Part shown: piece after piece, positions 39,370 through 48,612 of the stretch
Layout of the letters: each line of letters opens with the position of its first letter
Position numbering within the stretch: the first letter of the stretch is position 1
From: a virus
Taxonomy: Duplodnaviria > Caudoviricetes
Direction: 5' to 3' (one strand)
DNA: 62,230 nt
IMG/VR virus record: IMGVR_UViG_3300014501_000019
Location: 1-62,230 of that record
Program-made: the position numbers and the translations under genes
Notes under the pieces: model-generated
What the model was told of the DNA's origin: nothing
The model's input: only the letters and a program-made list of their open reading frames with translations
Databases searched by the model: none

Positions 39370-40995
39370 TCAAATACCACAGACCCCATTTAAACATTCC
39401 GCTTCTTTTTCTTCGAATACTTTCCCTTCATCAGCCAGCGCTTCTTGCAACTCTACTCTAGTAAGAGGTTGACCACCGCGACATCCATCGGGATAAACGG
39501 TGAATCCACGCAAACGTTTTGCATATTTAAGGAGTGTATTTGCATTCTTTTCGTAATTGCCTTCATTATTGGCCGGTGAACCCCAACTATCCATATTAGA
39601 CGTGCTAGAAATTGACATGTCTACATAGTTCTGAACATCGGCTTGAAATTTTACTCTTTGTTTAAAAGTTAGATCTCCTGAATCTTTAATATTTTCTATC
39701 TTAATTCCTTGTTCTAATAGTCTCTTGACAGAACCATCAACTACGTATTGATACATCCACTTACCGTCTTTATAATATCGTCTTTTATAGGCCTTACAGT
39801 AAAGAGGTTCGATACCAGTAGTACTCTCGGCAATGATTCCAATTGTTCCTGTGGGTGCAATGGCCCTAACTCCCTTAGGAACGGACACACCAAGTTGTTT
39901 AGCCCCCATAAAAGCAGCGGAGTCGCTTTCCTGTTCATAGATGGACAGAAATTTGTGAAGTTCCGGAGTCACCTCATATGGTTGTCCCTTAGCCATAAGC
40001 CATTCGTGAATACCGCCTAATCCTAAACCAATACGATTATTTTTTAATCCAATTTCTTTGATCCTCTGAGTAGGAATATCACTATAAATACCGCCGCATA
40101 ATAGAAAAAGAGTGGCATATTTGGTAGATTCCGCAAGATCTTTTTTGTCTTTCATACGATTGAGCCAAAGTGTGCCTAGATTGCACTTATCAGAATCGTC
40201 CTCGCTCACCACTTCAGTACAAGCATTTCTCAATGATTCCGCATCCTTACGAAAGTTAAAACTCATTCCTGGTTCTGCAGTAGAAAAAGCTTGTTTACAA
40301 TTCTCCAACCATACTTTTTGTGCTAGAGAGTGTTTAGGGTGATCTTCGTTCTCAATGGCAATAAAAAATTCGGTGTCATAAATCACAGAAATATTAGTAA
40401 GTTCCATTGGAAGAGGAAATGTTAAGTCAACAAGTTTAGCTGCCTTAAGGGTTTCTGAATGATCTTTAAGCTTGATAAACTTAAAAACATCTGGATGATT
40501 CCAATTAAGGCCTGCCCAAATAGCACTTCTCCTTTGGCCGCCCTGCATAATATAGCGTCCAGATTCATTGGTCATTTGCATAAGAGCAATCGGTCCCGTA
40601 GATTTACCACCAGTGCGCCTAATGATAGCGCCTTCTTCCCTTAACCTGGAATAATCGACTCCAATGCCTCCACCAGTCATCAAAGATGCGGTAGTTTTAT
40701 GCATTAGTTCAGCCCAAGATTCGCGGCTGTCTTCAGCCCTAAATAAGAAACAATTATTTACTTGGTGAAATTCTCGACCGGCGGAATACAAGTATCTCCC
40801 ACCTGGAATAAACTTACGTTCTAAAATAATATTGAAGATCTTTTCTTTAGTCTTATTATCCAAAAGTTGAGAACACACGGCTTCAGTGACACGTTTTGAA
40901 GTATCACTCCATGATTCTACTTGATCCTTCGAATATTTTTGAAGATAGATATCGTGCGGAAACTTACTAGAAAATACGTCAAACTCGCTCTTCAT
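39370..40995 (-). CDS. nrdJ: Ribonucleotide reductase, probably class II (B12-dependent)
   Basis: FIPGGR, NNCF, GGGIG, NACTE, CNLG, IAPTGT, SISST motifs; C-terminal CLNGVC; no ATP cone and no beta subunit gene in the window. Confidence 0.85.
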   Translation of the reverse strand: MKSEFDVFSSKFPHDIYLQKYSKDQVESWSDTSKRVTEAVCSQLLDNKTKEKIFNIILERKFIPGGRYLYSAGREFHQVNNCFLFRAEDSRESWAELMHKTTASLMTGGGIGVDYSRLREEGAIIRRTGGKSTGPIALMQMTNESGRYIMQGGQRRSAIWAGLNWNHPDVFKFIKLKDHSETLKAAKLVDLTFPLPMELTNISVIYDTEFFIAIENEDHPKHSLAQKVWLENCKQAFSTAEPGMSFNFRKDAESLRNACTEVVSEDDSDKCNLGTLWLNRMKDKKDLAESTKYATLFLLCGGIYSDIPTQRIKEIGLKNNRIGLGLGGIHEWLMAKGQPYEVTPELHKFLSIYEQESDSAAFMGAKQLGVSVPKGVRAIAPTGTIGIIAESTTGIEPLYCKAYKRRYYKDGKWMYQYVVDGSVKRLLEQGIKIENIKDSGDLTFKQRVKFQADVQNYVDMSISSTSNMDSWGSPANNEGNYEKNANTLLKYAKRLRGFTVYPDGCRGGQPLTRVELQEALADEGKVFEEKEAECLNGVCGI

Positions 40996-41039
40996 TTATT
41001 ATTACCTATTGTATTTTTGGGGATTGTTTTCTGTTATTA

Positions 41040-41048
41040 ATAAGATTG
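41040..41048 (-). promoter_or_regulatory. CAATCTTAT motif
   Basis: Upstream of RNR start 40995. Confidence 0.65.
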
Positions 41049-41056
41049 TCGGGCTT

Positions 41057-41617
41057 TCAGTCCCAAAGATTTCTAATATATTTATTAAGAATATCAAAAA
41101 ACCATTTTTGCTCGCGTTTAGACATAGCATCACCTTTAAAACAAGCTATAAGGAAGTCGCTACGTTCTTCTTCTTGTTCTTCTGGAGTATTAGCGTTTGG
41201 TCTAGAACTATTCCATTTAGACATATCCTTATGATCAATACAAGGAGTAAACCATGTGTACAACTCTCCCCACTTTGAGGCATGGCGCTCGTAAAAAAGT
41301 ATATCGTAGCTATCTTCTTTAAGCCTGCCAGCTAGTTTAATGGCTAATCTGAGAGCTTTCATGTCTTTATCTTCTTGGATAGCAGAACCATTAAGAAGAC
41401 AATTTTCAACACGTTTTAGTTTATATTCCAAGATAGCAAATATACTGTTCGCGTCAAAGTCATAATCATTTCGGAATACGTACCAGAACCAGCCCAATGT
41501 TTTACTTAGCAATCTATATGGTCTACGAAAACAAGTGTATTTGAAATCTCTGATCCAACCATAAAGAGGAGATTCTATATACCAAAGATAGAGCTTCGAT
41601 GGTTTCGAATTAAACAT
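41057..41617 (-). CDS. Hypothetical protein
   Basis: 186-aa ORF in a minus-strand run. Confidence 0.65.
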   Translation of the reverse strand: MFNSKPSKLYLWYIESPLYGWIRDFKYTCFRRPYRLLSKTLGWFWYVFRNDYDFDANSIFAILEYKLKRVENCLLNGSAIQEDKDMKALRLAIKLAGRLKEDSYDILFYERHASKWGELYTWFTPCIDHKDMSKWNSSRPNANTPEEQEEERSDFLIACFKGDAMSKREQKWFFDILNKYIRNLWD

Positions 41618-41799
41618 TACTTAGTCCTCTTCATGATCTTCTTTAAGTATTCAGGAAGTTTGCCAACATCGGCGCGTTCCGACATAAGAATATCTGCAAA
41701 ATACTTAACCGCTTCCTCTGGATCACCTATTTCCAACATTTCCATCAAGTATACCTGCTCGGCATGAGTTAGATAAACTTTGGTATTATCCGAACTCAT
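41617..41799 (-). CDS. Hypothetical protein
   Basis: AGGA RBS before ATG 41799. Confidence 0.55.
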   Translation of the reverse strand: MSSDNTKVYLTHAEQVYLMEMLEIGDPEEAVKYFADILMSERADVGKLPEYLKKIMKRTK

Positions 41800-41934
41800 C
41801 TTTTTCCTGTTCACTTTCGTTTTCCAAATAGCATTCCATACAGGGTTTAGTTCCATCTTCATCTAGCAGTTTTTCTTCATCGTAATCGATCCAAGAGAAA
41901 TTGACTTTACAAAGCCAACAAATATCCTTCATAA

Positions 41935-42297
41935 TTAACGCTTTTTCTTTCCTTTAGACTTCTTCTTTTTACTCTTGGACTTCTTCTTAGGTTTTTCTTC
42001 TAGTCCATACCATTCGACTCGATTAGTAGAATCGATATGCAAGGGAGGTTTATATGAATCTACATCGAGGTAATCATTTGGCGTCTGTGTCTGTACGTCT
42101 TTAACCTCTTCAAGCCTGTCTTCAATTTTAATCTCTTCAAGCCTATCTTCAAATTCCTTCTCGATTACTTCCATTGCTTCCTTATAATATGTCTTCGCTA
42201 GGGAATCTTTTTTCTTACCATTCCTATAAAGTTCAAAACAAACAAGACCCAGACAACAGGCTAACATCGCATACAAAACATAAATAAAATCTTCCAT
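41935..42297 (-). CDS. Hypothetical membrane-anchored protein
   Basis: N-terminal TM helix, Lys-rich tail. Confidence 0.6.
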   Translation of the reverse strand: MEDFIYVLYAMLACCLGLVCFELYRNGKKKDSLAKTYYKEAMEVIEKEFEDRLEEIKIEDRLEEVKDVQTQTPNDYLDVDSYKPPLHIDSTNRVEWYGLEEKPKKKSKSKKKKSKGKKKR

Positions 42298-42513
42298 TTA
42301 TTCCTCCGTTAAAACTAACACTCTAGTTTGTCCTTCATCGTCATCACAACACAAGTACCCAGCTTTTTCATTCATCCTAACACAGTGGTGAGTCAATAGA
42401 TTATCTTTAGGACCTACGAGTTCCCAAATACCAGGCATATTATAGGTATACCTATAGAACCTATCATAAGTCAAATAAATGGTTCCATCTGATTTTTGCC
42501 TGAGTCTAAACAT
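42298..42513 (-). CDS. Hypothetical protein
   Basis: Coupled ORF. Confidence 0.55.
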   Translation of the reverse strand: MFRLRQKSDGTIYLTYDRFYRYTYNMPGIWELVGPKDNLLTHHCVRMNEKAGYLCCDDDEGQTRVLVLTEE

Positions 42514-42926
42514 TAAAATTCCTTTCTATATCGGTCACACCAATCGCTATGGCCTTGACCTACGGGGTTATGCTTATTGCCGCACTCGCATTCGCACCTA
42601 TCTTTGAGTTTAGGCTCAGAAACCATGTTAAATGTCATTTGACTTATAGGGGGATTTGAAACAACTATGCTAGTTCCAGTTAGTGTATAAATTCCAGATC
42701 CAACCGAATAAGCAAGAAAAAGACCGGTAGTGTCTTTTATTACGGTACCATCAAACCAAACATGGTCGGCGTGCAGTTCTTTTTGACCCAATGTTATATT
42801 TCCTATAAAAGCTTGGTCTGATGAGAATTTCCAGTGGGAATTCAAAGAATCGTATTCATCATTAATCCAATTCATGGGATAAACACTCCAAACCTTTTTC
42901 TGAAATTCTTGTGAAGTACATTTCAT
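42513..42926 (-). CDS. Hypothetical protein with C-terminal CECG..HSDWC motif
   Basis: ORF with a putative zinc-binding tail. Confidence 0.6.
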   Translation of the reverse strand: MKCTSQEFQKKVWSVYPMNWINDEYDSLNSHWKFSSDQAFIGNITLGQKELHADHVWFDGTVIKDTTGLFLAYSVGSGIYTLTGTSIVVSNPPISQMTFNMVSEPKLKDRCECECGNKHNPVGQGHSDWCDRYRKEF

Positions 42927-42938
42927 AGAATCATATTG

Positions 42939-43538
42939 TCAGAAACCGTTGGGGTTGTCAACACTTTTCTTCTTTTTGCCAGAAAGATCTTTCTTAGTTT
43001 TATTCTTAGTTTTATTCTTATGACAAGTATAGCAAAGAATTTGATGATTAGATAGTCCTAATGACTCTCCACCATTACAAATAGCTAAAATATGATCCAC
43101 TTCTGGAGCGCGACTTTTCTCACATTTATCTTTAAGTCTTTTCAAATACCACCATTCGAGGAGAGATAAGTCCTGATCCTCACCTTTACTAGCAGGATAG
43201 CGTTCTTTCTCTCTTCTCAGGACGGCCTTCATAATGGGTTTGTAATCAAATTGGCAGTCAGCACATTTCCAGTCTTGTTTAATCAGAAGAAACTTAAGAG
43301 AATTTTCTTTTTGTGGATAGCTCCAAGCCATAGCTGAATCGGAGCATAGATTAGAACAATACTTTTGATTACCATGAAAAATCTCTACTTCAGCACACCA
43401 AGCACAAAGTCTCTTAGGTTTACCTTTAGCATTAAGCTCGTCCAATTTGATTGGATGGATACAAGAAAGATTATAGGATCTTTCCTTTATGGATTTAGTT
43501 AATGCTATCACTTTGGGATTGCCAGAAGGTTTAAACAT
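42939..43538 (-). CDS. HNH endonuclease
   Basis: CAWC..YCS..C; CADC; EVDHILAICNGG..NHQILCYTCHKNKT. Confidence 0.8.
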   Translation of the reverse strand: MFKPSGNPKVIALTKSIKERSYNLSCIHPIKLDELNAKGKPKRLCAWCAEVEIFHGNQKYCSNLCSDSAMAWSYPQKENSLKFLLIKQDWKCADCQFDYKPIMKAVLRREKERYPASKGEDQDLSLLEWWYLKRLKDKCEKSRAPEVDHILAICNGGESLGLSNHQILCYTCHKNKTKNKTKKDLSGKKKKSVDNPNGF

Positions 43539-43560
43539 AGTTTACTATATCATACTAATA

Positions 43561-43590
43561 AAAAAGAGCCACTAAATAAATAGTGGCCCT
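43561..43590 (-). terminator. Rho-independent terminator
   Basis: Minus strand GGGCCACTA-loop-TAGTGGCTC followed by a T tract, after the 43617 stop. Confidence 0.75.
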
Positions 43591-43616
43591 TAACAAAGAT
43601 GAATTAACTAAGATGT

Positions 43617-45227
43617 TTAAGTAATTACGTAACTCGCAGAACCAACCTGAGAGGTAGCGTATCCAGACAATACGGCAATTGCATTTACGGTCTCGGAAGC
43701 GGATACGGAGATTGCTCCAGTATATAGAGTGCTATATACCGTAGGAGTCGTTCCATTGGTAGTATAGTAAATAGCGGCTCCGGGAGTGCCCGAGGTGATC
43801 GTAACCGTCTGTGTAGAAGGGTAGGATCCACCAACAGGACTGAAAGCGGGGCGACCTACTTGAGAAGAAACAGGAGCTAATACTGTAGTAACAACTGCAC
43901 CACTGGCACTAGAGAATGCTTCAGCCATAACCGGCGTTTCAGGACCACTCGAAGGAGCGATAACGTTCGCGGCAGCACTAAGAGTAACGGCTCCAGTCAA
44001 AGCGATTAATGAACCATTCACGGTTCCACCAAGAGTATCGGTGATACTGGCTTGAGCGATGATGTTACCTTGAAAGGTGCCAGCGCTCCCTGAATTGATG
44101 GTTGCAGATGAACCAACGATCCAGTAGATGTTGGCAGAAGTAGCCCCGTTTTCAAGAGTCATGACAGGAACACCTCCAGCACCAGTAGTAAGTGTGGAAG
44201 CAGTATATAGGATATACGTGCCTGCACCATTAAAAGTTAGGGTTCCTGTAGCAGAAGTAGCTAGATGTGCAGCTCCTCCGGTGAACTGATAATTCCCAGG
44301 TGTGAGTGTTTGACCGTCTAGAGTTGCTGAAATCGTGGTACCAGCTAGACCAAGAGTTTGTTTGGAGGTAAACGAAGCTTGTGCTGCGGTTTGGGCAGAA
44401 GAAGCTACGCCGTCCGCGATATGCTCGCCACCAGTATAAGTACCAGGAGGGAAGCCAGTAATACTCGTCCCAGGATAGATGCCAAGATCTCCAGTAAGAA
44501 CGCTTGAACCCGTATTGGTGACTGCAGAGGCGCCCAAGATAGCGAAGGCACCCATTCCACCGCTAGAGGCGTTCATGGCTGCAACTGTCTTAGTGGCAAC
44601 TGCTGAAGCCGAATCACTGCTAAGAATGGTTACTTCGATCCCGGTAAAGCCAGCTGGAGCTGGGTCGGTATTTGAACCGCCTGAAACATTATACCAAATG
44701 TAGTAAGAATTAGAATTACCGCCAGTAAATATTTCAAAGTACTCACCTGCACCAGTAGATGCGAAGGCAGAACCTGCGGGGAAAGTCATCAAATCCCACT
44801 GCTGACGAGCGGGACCTTGAAATTGAACAGATGAACTAAATCCGGAAGGCATCGTTACATTAACTGGCGAGCCGTTAAAATACGCATTTGGAAAAGAGTT
44901 GGGCACCGTTGGGGGTAAAAAGTTTGGAAAAATAGGAGCTTGGACACCGCCAGCTAGAGCGTTAAGCAGTTCTTTTAGACTAGCATCTGGAAGACTGAAG
45001 CCGTCTTTTACAAACTGAACGTCAAGAGGACTAAGTGCGTAGGTTCCAAGAATACAGGCTTGAAAATTACTGGCCATACTAGGACGACCAAGACAGTCGG
45101 TCAGTCTAGTAAAATCAATGGAAGAAAGTGTGGTTTCTTGGGCAATGGCGGAAACGAGGTTGAGACCTGAAGTGGTGCTGCCCATTCCGCTGATAAGATA
45201 AGCTTGAGTAGTTGAAGATAAAGACAT
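43617..45227 (-). CDS. DUF3494 ice-binding-like protein with C-terminal Ig-like (chitobiase/Fn3-associated) domain
   Basis: FAILGASAVTNTG..GDLGIYPGTSITGFPPG..LTPGNY..NIYWIVGSSAT..GNIIAQASIT (~43960-44560); PAFSPVGGSY..IYYTTNGTTPT..LYTGAI (~43620-43860). Confidence 0.85.
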   Translation of the reverse strand: MSLSSTTQAYLISGMGSTTSGLNLVSAIAQETTLSSIDFTRLTDCLGRPSMASNFQACILGTYALSPLDVQFVKDGFSLPDASLKELLNALAGGVQAPIFPNFLPPTVPNSFPNAYFNGSPVNVTMPSGFSSSVQFQGPARQQWDLMTFPAGSAFASTGAGEYFEIFTGGNSNSYYIWYNVSGGSNTDPAPAGFTGIEVTILSSDSASAVATKTVAAMNASSGGMGAFAILGASAVTNTGSSVLTGDLGIYPGTSITGFPPGTYTGGEHIADGVASSAQTAAQASFTSKQTLGLAGTTISATLDGQTLTPGNYQFTGGAAHLATSATGTLTFNGAGTYILYTASTLTTGAGGVPVMTLENGATSANIYWIVGSSATINSGSAGTFQGNIIAQASITDTLGGTVNGSLIALTGAVTLSAAANVIAPSSGPETPVMAEAFSSASGAVVTTVLAPVSSQVGRPAFSPVGGSYPSTQTVTITSGTPGAAIYYTTNGTTPTVYSTLYTGAISVSASETVNAIAVLSGYATSQVGSASYVIT

Positions 45228-45266
45228 TTAAAGCTCCTTGTGTTTTAGTATTTATATATACTGCTT

Positions 45267-45275
45267 ATAAGATTG
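45267..45275 (-). promoter_or_regulatory. CAATCTTAT motif
   Basis: Upstream of the AAGGAG RBS and ATG 45227. Confidence 0.7.
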
Positions 45276-45465
45276 CGTAGTTATAGTGTTATTACTATAA
45301 GTTGTTGTTTTTATTAATCTTTATCTTTATCGGTAATTTCTACTTGCTTTACAAATATCCAAAAACCTTCCATTGGTTTATCTGAAATACCATAATGTCC
45401 ATGGCAAACGTGGCCAGTAGGGTTACCATCTGGATCTAATTCTATCCAATAATGGTCTAAAAATA

Positions 45466-46005
45466 TCATATGAGTCCTAAAATTTTATTAGTAACAGCAA
45501 ATTCTCCGAAAAGGATAATGGCTGCCTCATCATGTGCTTTAGCTGCTTCTATTTTAGTGTGATAGGTCCCTAATACAATTTGTTTCCCATTTTTATAGAT
45601 ATGGGCTCTCCATTTTTTGGTCCTATTTTTATCTGATCTATACGATACACCTTTATATCCAGACGTGTTATCCGATCGGATTCCGACATTGGCAGCATTA
45701 GATTGTTTATCGGCACATCTTAAATTGTCCCATTTATTATTAGACCTATTTCTATCCTCATGATCCACATGGGCAGGAATTGTTCCTGTTATGTATAAGA
45801 AAGCCAATCTATGAGCCCTATAATGTTCTCCGTCTATACCAATCATAACGTATCCTTCGCTACCACCATAAGTCGGCGTATAGCCCGCAATTGTACCGGC
45901 TTCATGCTGATTGTTTTTAGACGAACGTGTCCATACAAAATCCCCTGTTAGTGGATCATAATATAATATGGATTTTAAATATTCTTGAGTTATAATTTTA
46001 GGCAC
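45466..46005 (-). CDS. HNH-AP2 homing endonuclease
   Basis: YRAHRLA..VDHEDRNRSNNKWDNLR; SGYKGVS..WRAHI..LGTY..EAAKAHDEAA. Confidence 0.9.
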   Translation of the reverse strand: MPKIITQEYLKSILYYDPLTGDFVWTRSSKNNQHEAGTIAGYTPTYGGSEGYVMIGIDGEHYRAHRLAFLYITGTIPAHVDHEDRNRSNNKWDNLRCADKQSNAANVGIRSDNTSGYKGVSYRSDKNRTKKWRAHIYKNGKQIVLGTYHTKIEAAKAHDEAAIILFGEFAVTNKILGLI

Positions 46006-46586
46006 AAAATATCTTTTTCTATTCGCTCTAAACTAACTGGATAAAAGTCATTTACGTCCACGCCCACGTTTATCATCAAACTATTTTTTGGAGACAGTTT
46101 ATTTTTCCATGCACCATGACAATGGCCATGAAGCAACGTCTGCCCATTATCAATTGGCCTATATTTGGGATATCTTTGGTCATACCGGGAGTTGTCTTCT
46201 AAATAAGGTAGATGATGCATCAACACTTGTTTACCGCCGATAATGATCGTATCTTCTAATTTAATAGTCTTAAATCCAGCATCAAAGTATATTTTACGAA
46301 ATTTTTCCAGCTTTTCTTTGTTCTTAGCATGAACGGGATGACAATGATCATGGTTTCCAGCAATAAGGTGATGCTCACCATTTAAACGTGGTAGGATTAA
46401 ACCAGGAGCGGTTTTGTCGAGACTGAAGTCTCCCAGATGGTAAGTTACGTCCCCAGGTTTAACCAAAGAATTAAAACGTTCTACGATGGTTTCATTCATT
46501 TCCTCAATTGAGTTAAATGGGCGACTACAGTATTTTATTACGTTAACGTGATTAATGTGGAAATCCGCGCTGAAAAATATTGACAC
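45990..46586 (-). CDS. Calcineurin-like phosphoesterase
   Basis: ADFH, HLGDF, GNHD, LHGHCH, NVGVD. Confidence 0.9.
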   Translation of the reverse strand: MSIFFSADFHINHVNVIKYCSRPFNSIEEMNETIVERFNSLVKPGDVTYHLGDFSLDKTAPGLILPRLNGEHHLIAGNHDHCHPVHAKNKEKLEKFRKIYFDAGFKTIKLEDTIIIGGKQVLMHHLPYLEDNSRYDQRYPKYRPIDNGQTLLHGHCHGAWKNKLSPKNSLMINVGVDVNDFYPVSLERIEKDILCLKL

Positions 46587-46925
46587 TTAACACCACTTAA
46601 TCTCTACGACCTTCTCTAAAAGATAGACACCACCTTGAGTTTCGAAGGTAATGCTATTCTCACCGGCATCTAAAACCTTAACGATAGGTGATGTTCTAAT
46701 ATATTGGTTATCAAAGAACCTATTAGCCGAGGTATTAATCACCTTAACACCAGGCAACCCAAGAGACTTGACTTCAACGATGGTAAGTGGACCTTCTACA
46801 CTATCGCCGTCATTAACCATACCTAAACGAAAATTCTGGGTTTTAGTGAGTCTATAGTTAACATCTTCTAGGTTTAGAAATTCCTTGGGTACCAAATGTT
46901 TAATGTTTTCGTCGATTTTAATCAT
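46587..46925 (-). CDS. Hypothetical protein
   Basis: Start reassigned to ATG 46925. Confidence 0.6.
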   Translation of the reverse strand: MIKIDENIKHLVPKEFLNLEDVNYRLTKTQNFRLGMVNDGDSVEGPLTIVEVKSLGLPGVKVINTSANRFFDNQYIRTSPIVKVLDAGENSITFETQGGVYLLEKVVEIKWC

Positions 46926-46926
46926 A

Positions 46927-47322
46927 TCATCCTTTTTCATCGCATTTAGTACAGTAGTTATAGGTTTCAGTGAAGCCTTCGTATTTAGCCCAGGCGTGGT
47001 TGCAAGTTTTGAAGTCTTCATCACAGGTAATCCAACCAGGGTTTTTAAACTGTGCATAGAACTGCTTTCTAAACTGTGCATAGAACTGCTTTCTAAGCTC
47101 TTCTATATCCTCATCTACATAATTCCTAACCAATTCAATTGTTTCCTCAGTCTCTGGAGAGGGTTTATAATTAGGATCTCCAGGCATGCCTAGAATATAA
47201 CCTGTTGGAAAACCATTAATGGCAACATATCTAAGAGCGTCTAACATATCATCCTTATATGGAACATCCTTCTTAGAACAAGACATGGATTCCAAATAAT
47301 CGAGAAAATTACCTTCGTTCAT
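46927..47322 (-). CDS. Hypothetical protein with C-terminal zinc-knuckle
   Basis: CNHAWAKYEGFTETYNYCTKCD. Confidence 0.65.
   Translation of the reverse strand: MNEGNFLDYLESMSCSKKDVPYKDDMLDALRYVAINGFPTGYILGMPGDPNYKPSPETEETIELVRNYVDEDIEELRKQFYAQFRKQFYAQFKNPGWITCDEDFKTCNHAWAKYEGFTETYNYCTKCDEKG
47046..47093. repeat. Perfect 24-bp tandem duplication
   Basis: TAAACTGTGCATAGAACTGCTTTC x2 (RKQFYAQF x2). Confidence 0.9.
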
Positions 47323-47513
47323 TTCTTCACCTCAACTGGCATAGCCGTCTTCACTAGTTCGATCTTAGCAGAGACCATAGAAAGTTCGCGTTCAAGAAAC
47401 TGTCGATATTCTTTGGCACGATTCTTGTGCTTTTCTGGCAATACGGTAGAAGCAAGTTTTAGCTTAACATCGCTCTCATACTTAACAAGACTGATCAACT
47501 TTTCCTTATTCAT
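47319..47513 (-). CDS. Hypothetical protein
   Basis: ORF with RBS. Confidence 0.6.
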   Translation of the reverse strand: MNKEKLISLVKYESDVKLKLASTVLPEKHKNRAKEYRQFLERELSMVSAKIELVKTAMPVEVKK

Positions 47514-47522
47514 ATTTTTCCT

Positions 47523-47819
47523 TTAATATCCATCCTTAAAAACTTTAACACCATAACCGCAATTATTGGAAGTATCCAACTCTGTTATACCGATTTTATT
47601 GGTAATTTTTACTGAATTACTTTCAGGACCATCACCTAAATATTTAACCGTTCTGATGTCTAATAAACCAAGTTCTAACCGCTCTTTTGCGTTAGTGGAA
47701 AATTCTCGAAATTTACGGTAGCAATCACTATCATCGCTCCCTTGAACTAAGAAGAATCTATCTTCCCTGGATACTAAATCTTTAGCGGTCATCAAAACTA
47801 CACACATATTATTCCTCAT
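47523..47819 (-). CDS. Hypothetical protein
   Basis: ORF in a minus-strand run. Confidence 0.55.
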   Translation of the reverse strand: MRNNMCVVLMTAKDLVSREDRFFLVQGSDDSDCYRKFREFSTNAKERLELGLLDIRTVKYLGDGPESNSVKITNKIGITELDTSNNCGYGVKVFKDGY

Positions 47820-48009
47820 AATTCTCCCATGCTTGATCTACTGCTCGTTCCGCCTTACGTACTTTATTGTTAATATACACTGCCTCATTACAACTGTCTA
47901 GACATTTAAACAAATAATAATTATATTCTGACGCACCACATTGATCGCACTCATAAATGGGCGGCATGCTACTATGTGAAGTAATTAGTTTAATCAAATT
48001 TATATCCAA
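47809..48009 (-). CDS. Hypothetical protein
   Basis: CDQC..CLDSC. Confidence 0.55.
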   Translation of the reverse strand: MDINLIKLITSHSSMPPIYECDQCGASEYNYYLFKCLDSCNEAVYINNKVRKAERAVDQAWENYEE

Positions 48010-48397
48010 ACCTCTCCAGATCAGCTTTCGAACGAACGCTGGTTGGTAGACCGTTGTTGTGCCCAGATAGTCTATAAATGGAAATAGTTCCGTAAAGAAC
48101 TCGTATTTCTGTGATATCAGGGGGCAATACGCTTTGATCTGATGGGGTCAATATAAGAACTAAGGAACCGGGATCGCAATGACGTTCTAAATAGAACTTA
48201 ATACCTTCGTTAGCGATTTCATAAATTTGTTCACGTCTATCCGTTACTAATGAGTAGGTAGGTAGTTCAAAAAATTCTTCAACAAGTTTAAGATCAAAAA
48301 GTGAAGGTTTATACTCACTTCCATCTTCATCCAAGTTTTGAACCAATTTTTGCATTTGTCGAAATTGTTCAACATAGTATTCAAATGAATTACGCAT
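47990..48397 (-). CDS. Hypothetical protein
   Basis: ORF in a minus-strand run. Confidence 0.6.
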   Translation of the reverse strand: MRNSFEYYVEQFRQMQKLVQNLDEDGSEYKPSLFDLKLVEEFFELPTYSLVTDRREQIYEIANEGIKFYLERHCDPGSLVLILTPSDQSVLPPDITEIRVLYGTISIYRLSGHNNGLPTSVRSKADLERFGYKFD

Positions 48398-48399
48398 AA

Positions 48400-48612
48400 T
48401 TACTTCTTAGGACCATAATAATACACTGGTTTAGTTCCATCCAAATATTCCTCCTGCGATTCTGGACAATGAATTTCAAGGTAGCCACGAACAATATTAA
48501 GAATTTCTCCCCATTGAAGTTCATGGGCTTCTACCATCTCCAAAATAAGGGGCTCCATATCCATGGTTATGTCTCCGAGAGGCCTAAGTTTTTTACCCAT
48601 ATCAAAATCCAA
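48400..48612 (-). CDS. Hypothetical protein
   Basis: ORF in a minus-strand run. Confidence 0.6.
   Translation of the reverse strand: MDFDMGKKLRPLGDITMDMEPLILEMVEAHELQWGEILNIVRGYLEIHCPESQEEYLDGTKPVYYYGPKK

Noticed and set aside
39370-40995. Intein or intron in RNR
   Set aside because: The ORF is compact and continuous with no splicing motifs.
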